This document shows, in pieces, positions 63,201 through 64,000 of a DNA stretch of 64,000 nucleotides. Position 1 is the stretch's first letter. The number at the start of each line of letters is the position of its first letter. Source of the stretch: the human T2T-CHM13v2.0 reference genome, Homo sapiens; NCBI RefSeq assembly GCF_009914755.1, contig NC_060930.1; one strand, 5' to 3'. The position numbers were made by a program, and so were the translations under genes. A model generated the notes under the pieces. The model did no database searches and was not told the origin of the DNA. It worked only from the letters and a program-made list of their open reading frames with translations.

Positions 63201-63832
63201 TCGTCTTTGGCCATGATTGTGAGGCCTCCCCAGCCATGTGGAACTGTAAGTCCAATAAAACTCTTTCTTTTGTAAACTGCCCAGTCTCAGTTATGACCTC
63301 ATCAGCAGCATGAAAATGGACTAATAGAGTCATTAAAAAAGATTTCTGGGGGATGCTCAAGACATTTTTCTTTTTGACTTTCTGGAGGGCCAAAGAAGGA
63401 TAACATGTCCCTATTATTACAGTGTTTTAAGAAAGTTAGTCAAAGCTTTAGCAGAAACATGCCCATGAAAGCTTCACCAGAGAGTACTATTCCACCATGA
63501 CAATGCTCCTGCTTATTCCTCTCATGAAATTAGGGGTAATTTCTGAGATTATCAATAGAAAATCATTAGGCATCCACCTTATAGTTCTGATTTGCCTCTT
63601 TCTGACTTCTTTTTGTTTTCTAATCTTTATTTTTCTTCAGTTAATAATGTAAAAAGGCTGCATTGACATGGGTAAGGTCCCAGGACACTCATTTCCTTAG
63701 AGATGGACTAAATGGTTGGTATCATTGCTTGTAAAAGTGTGTTGACCTTGATGAGGTTTATGTTGAGAAATAAAGCTAATTTTTAAAATTTTTATCTAAT
63801 ACCATTTTTCACAACATTTCGAAGTCTTTTCA
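60263..63832 (+). mobile_element. HSMAR2 mariner transposon (decayed transposase from ATG 60408), split by a THE1A insertion
   Basis: Left TIR cagggggtcttcaaaaagttca and degenerate right TIR at about 63802-63832, with TA flanks. The ORF remnant MNSAKIEARTNIKF... continues after 63333 (ccaccatgacaatgctcctgct = HHDNAPA). Confidence 0.88.
61004..63328 (+). mobile_element. Full-length THE1A-like MaLR (LTRs 61004-61356 and 62938-63328)
   Basis: Both LTRs begin TGAT...TTTGGCTCTGTGTCC.CACCCAAATCTCAT, with THE1-int between them. TSD ATCAT/GTCAT. Confidence 0.92.
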
Positions 63833-64000
63833 TATTATTTTATAGCTTTTAGAAAGAAATATACTGCCTGACAATAAAAAACTCAAAAACTCCTTAATAT
63901 TATTAAGATATGTATTTTATAGACTAAATTTTAAAAAATTCAGTGGCTTTTTCATTATGTGACTAATTATCTGTATGGAAACCCATATATGCATTCAATT

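Overview
AT-rich, repeat-dense primate (most likely human) intronic DNA from the retinal gene EYS (eyes shut homolog, RP25), which runs on the minus strand. Three coding exons are present: 58780-58590 (191 bp), 55700-55609 (92 bp) and 8277-8127 (151 bp). They splice in frame to encode laminin-G-like domain sequence, and their sizes fit what I recall as EYS exons 27-29. The introns between them are 2.9 kb and 47.3 kb. The rest is mobile-element debris: a full-length, dead L1PA2-like LINE-1, other L1s, about 9 Alus, THE1/MLT MaLR elements, an HSMAR2 mariner split by a THE1A, MER elements and a tailless U2 retrofragment. The most interesting observation is that the full-length L1 lies antisense to EYS with its 5' end about 0.9 kb upstream of exon 29. 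Its antisense promoter and intact ORF0 point into the gene, and ORF0 splice donor 2 (phase 2) joins EYS exon 29 (phase 2) exactly in frame. This predicts an ORF0-EYS C-terminal fusion; expression is not shown. Several locally templated duplications are also present, including a ~230-bp direct repeat bracketing exon 27. Most ORFs in the supplied track are repeat-derived or random.
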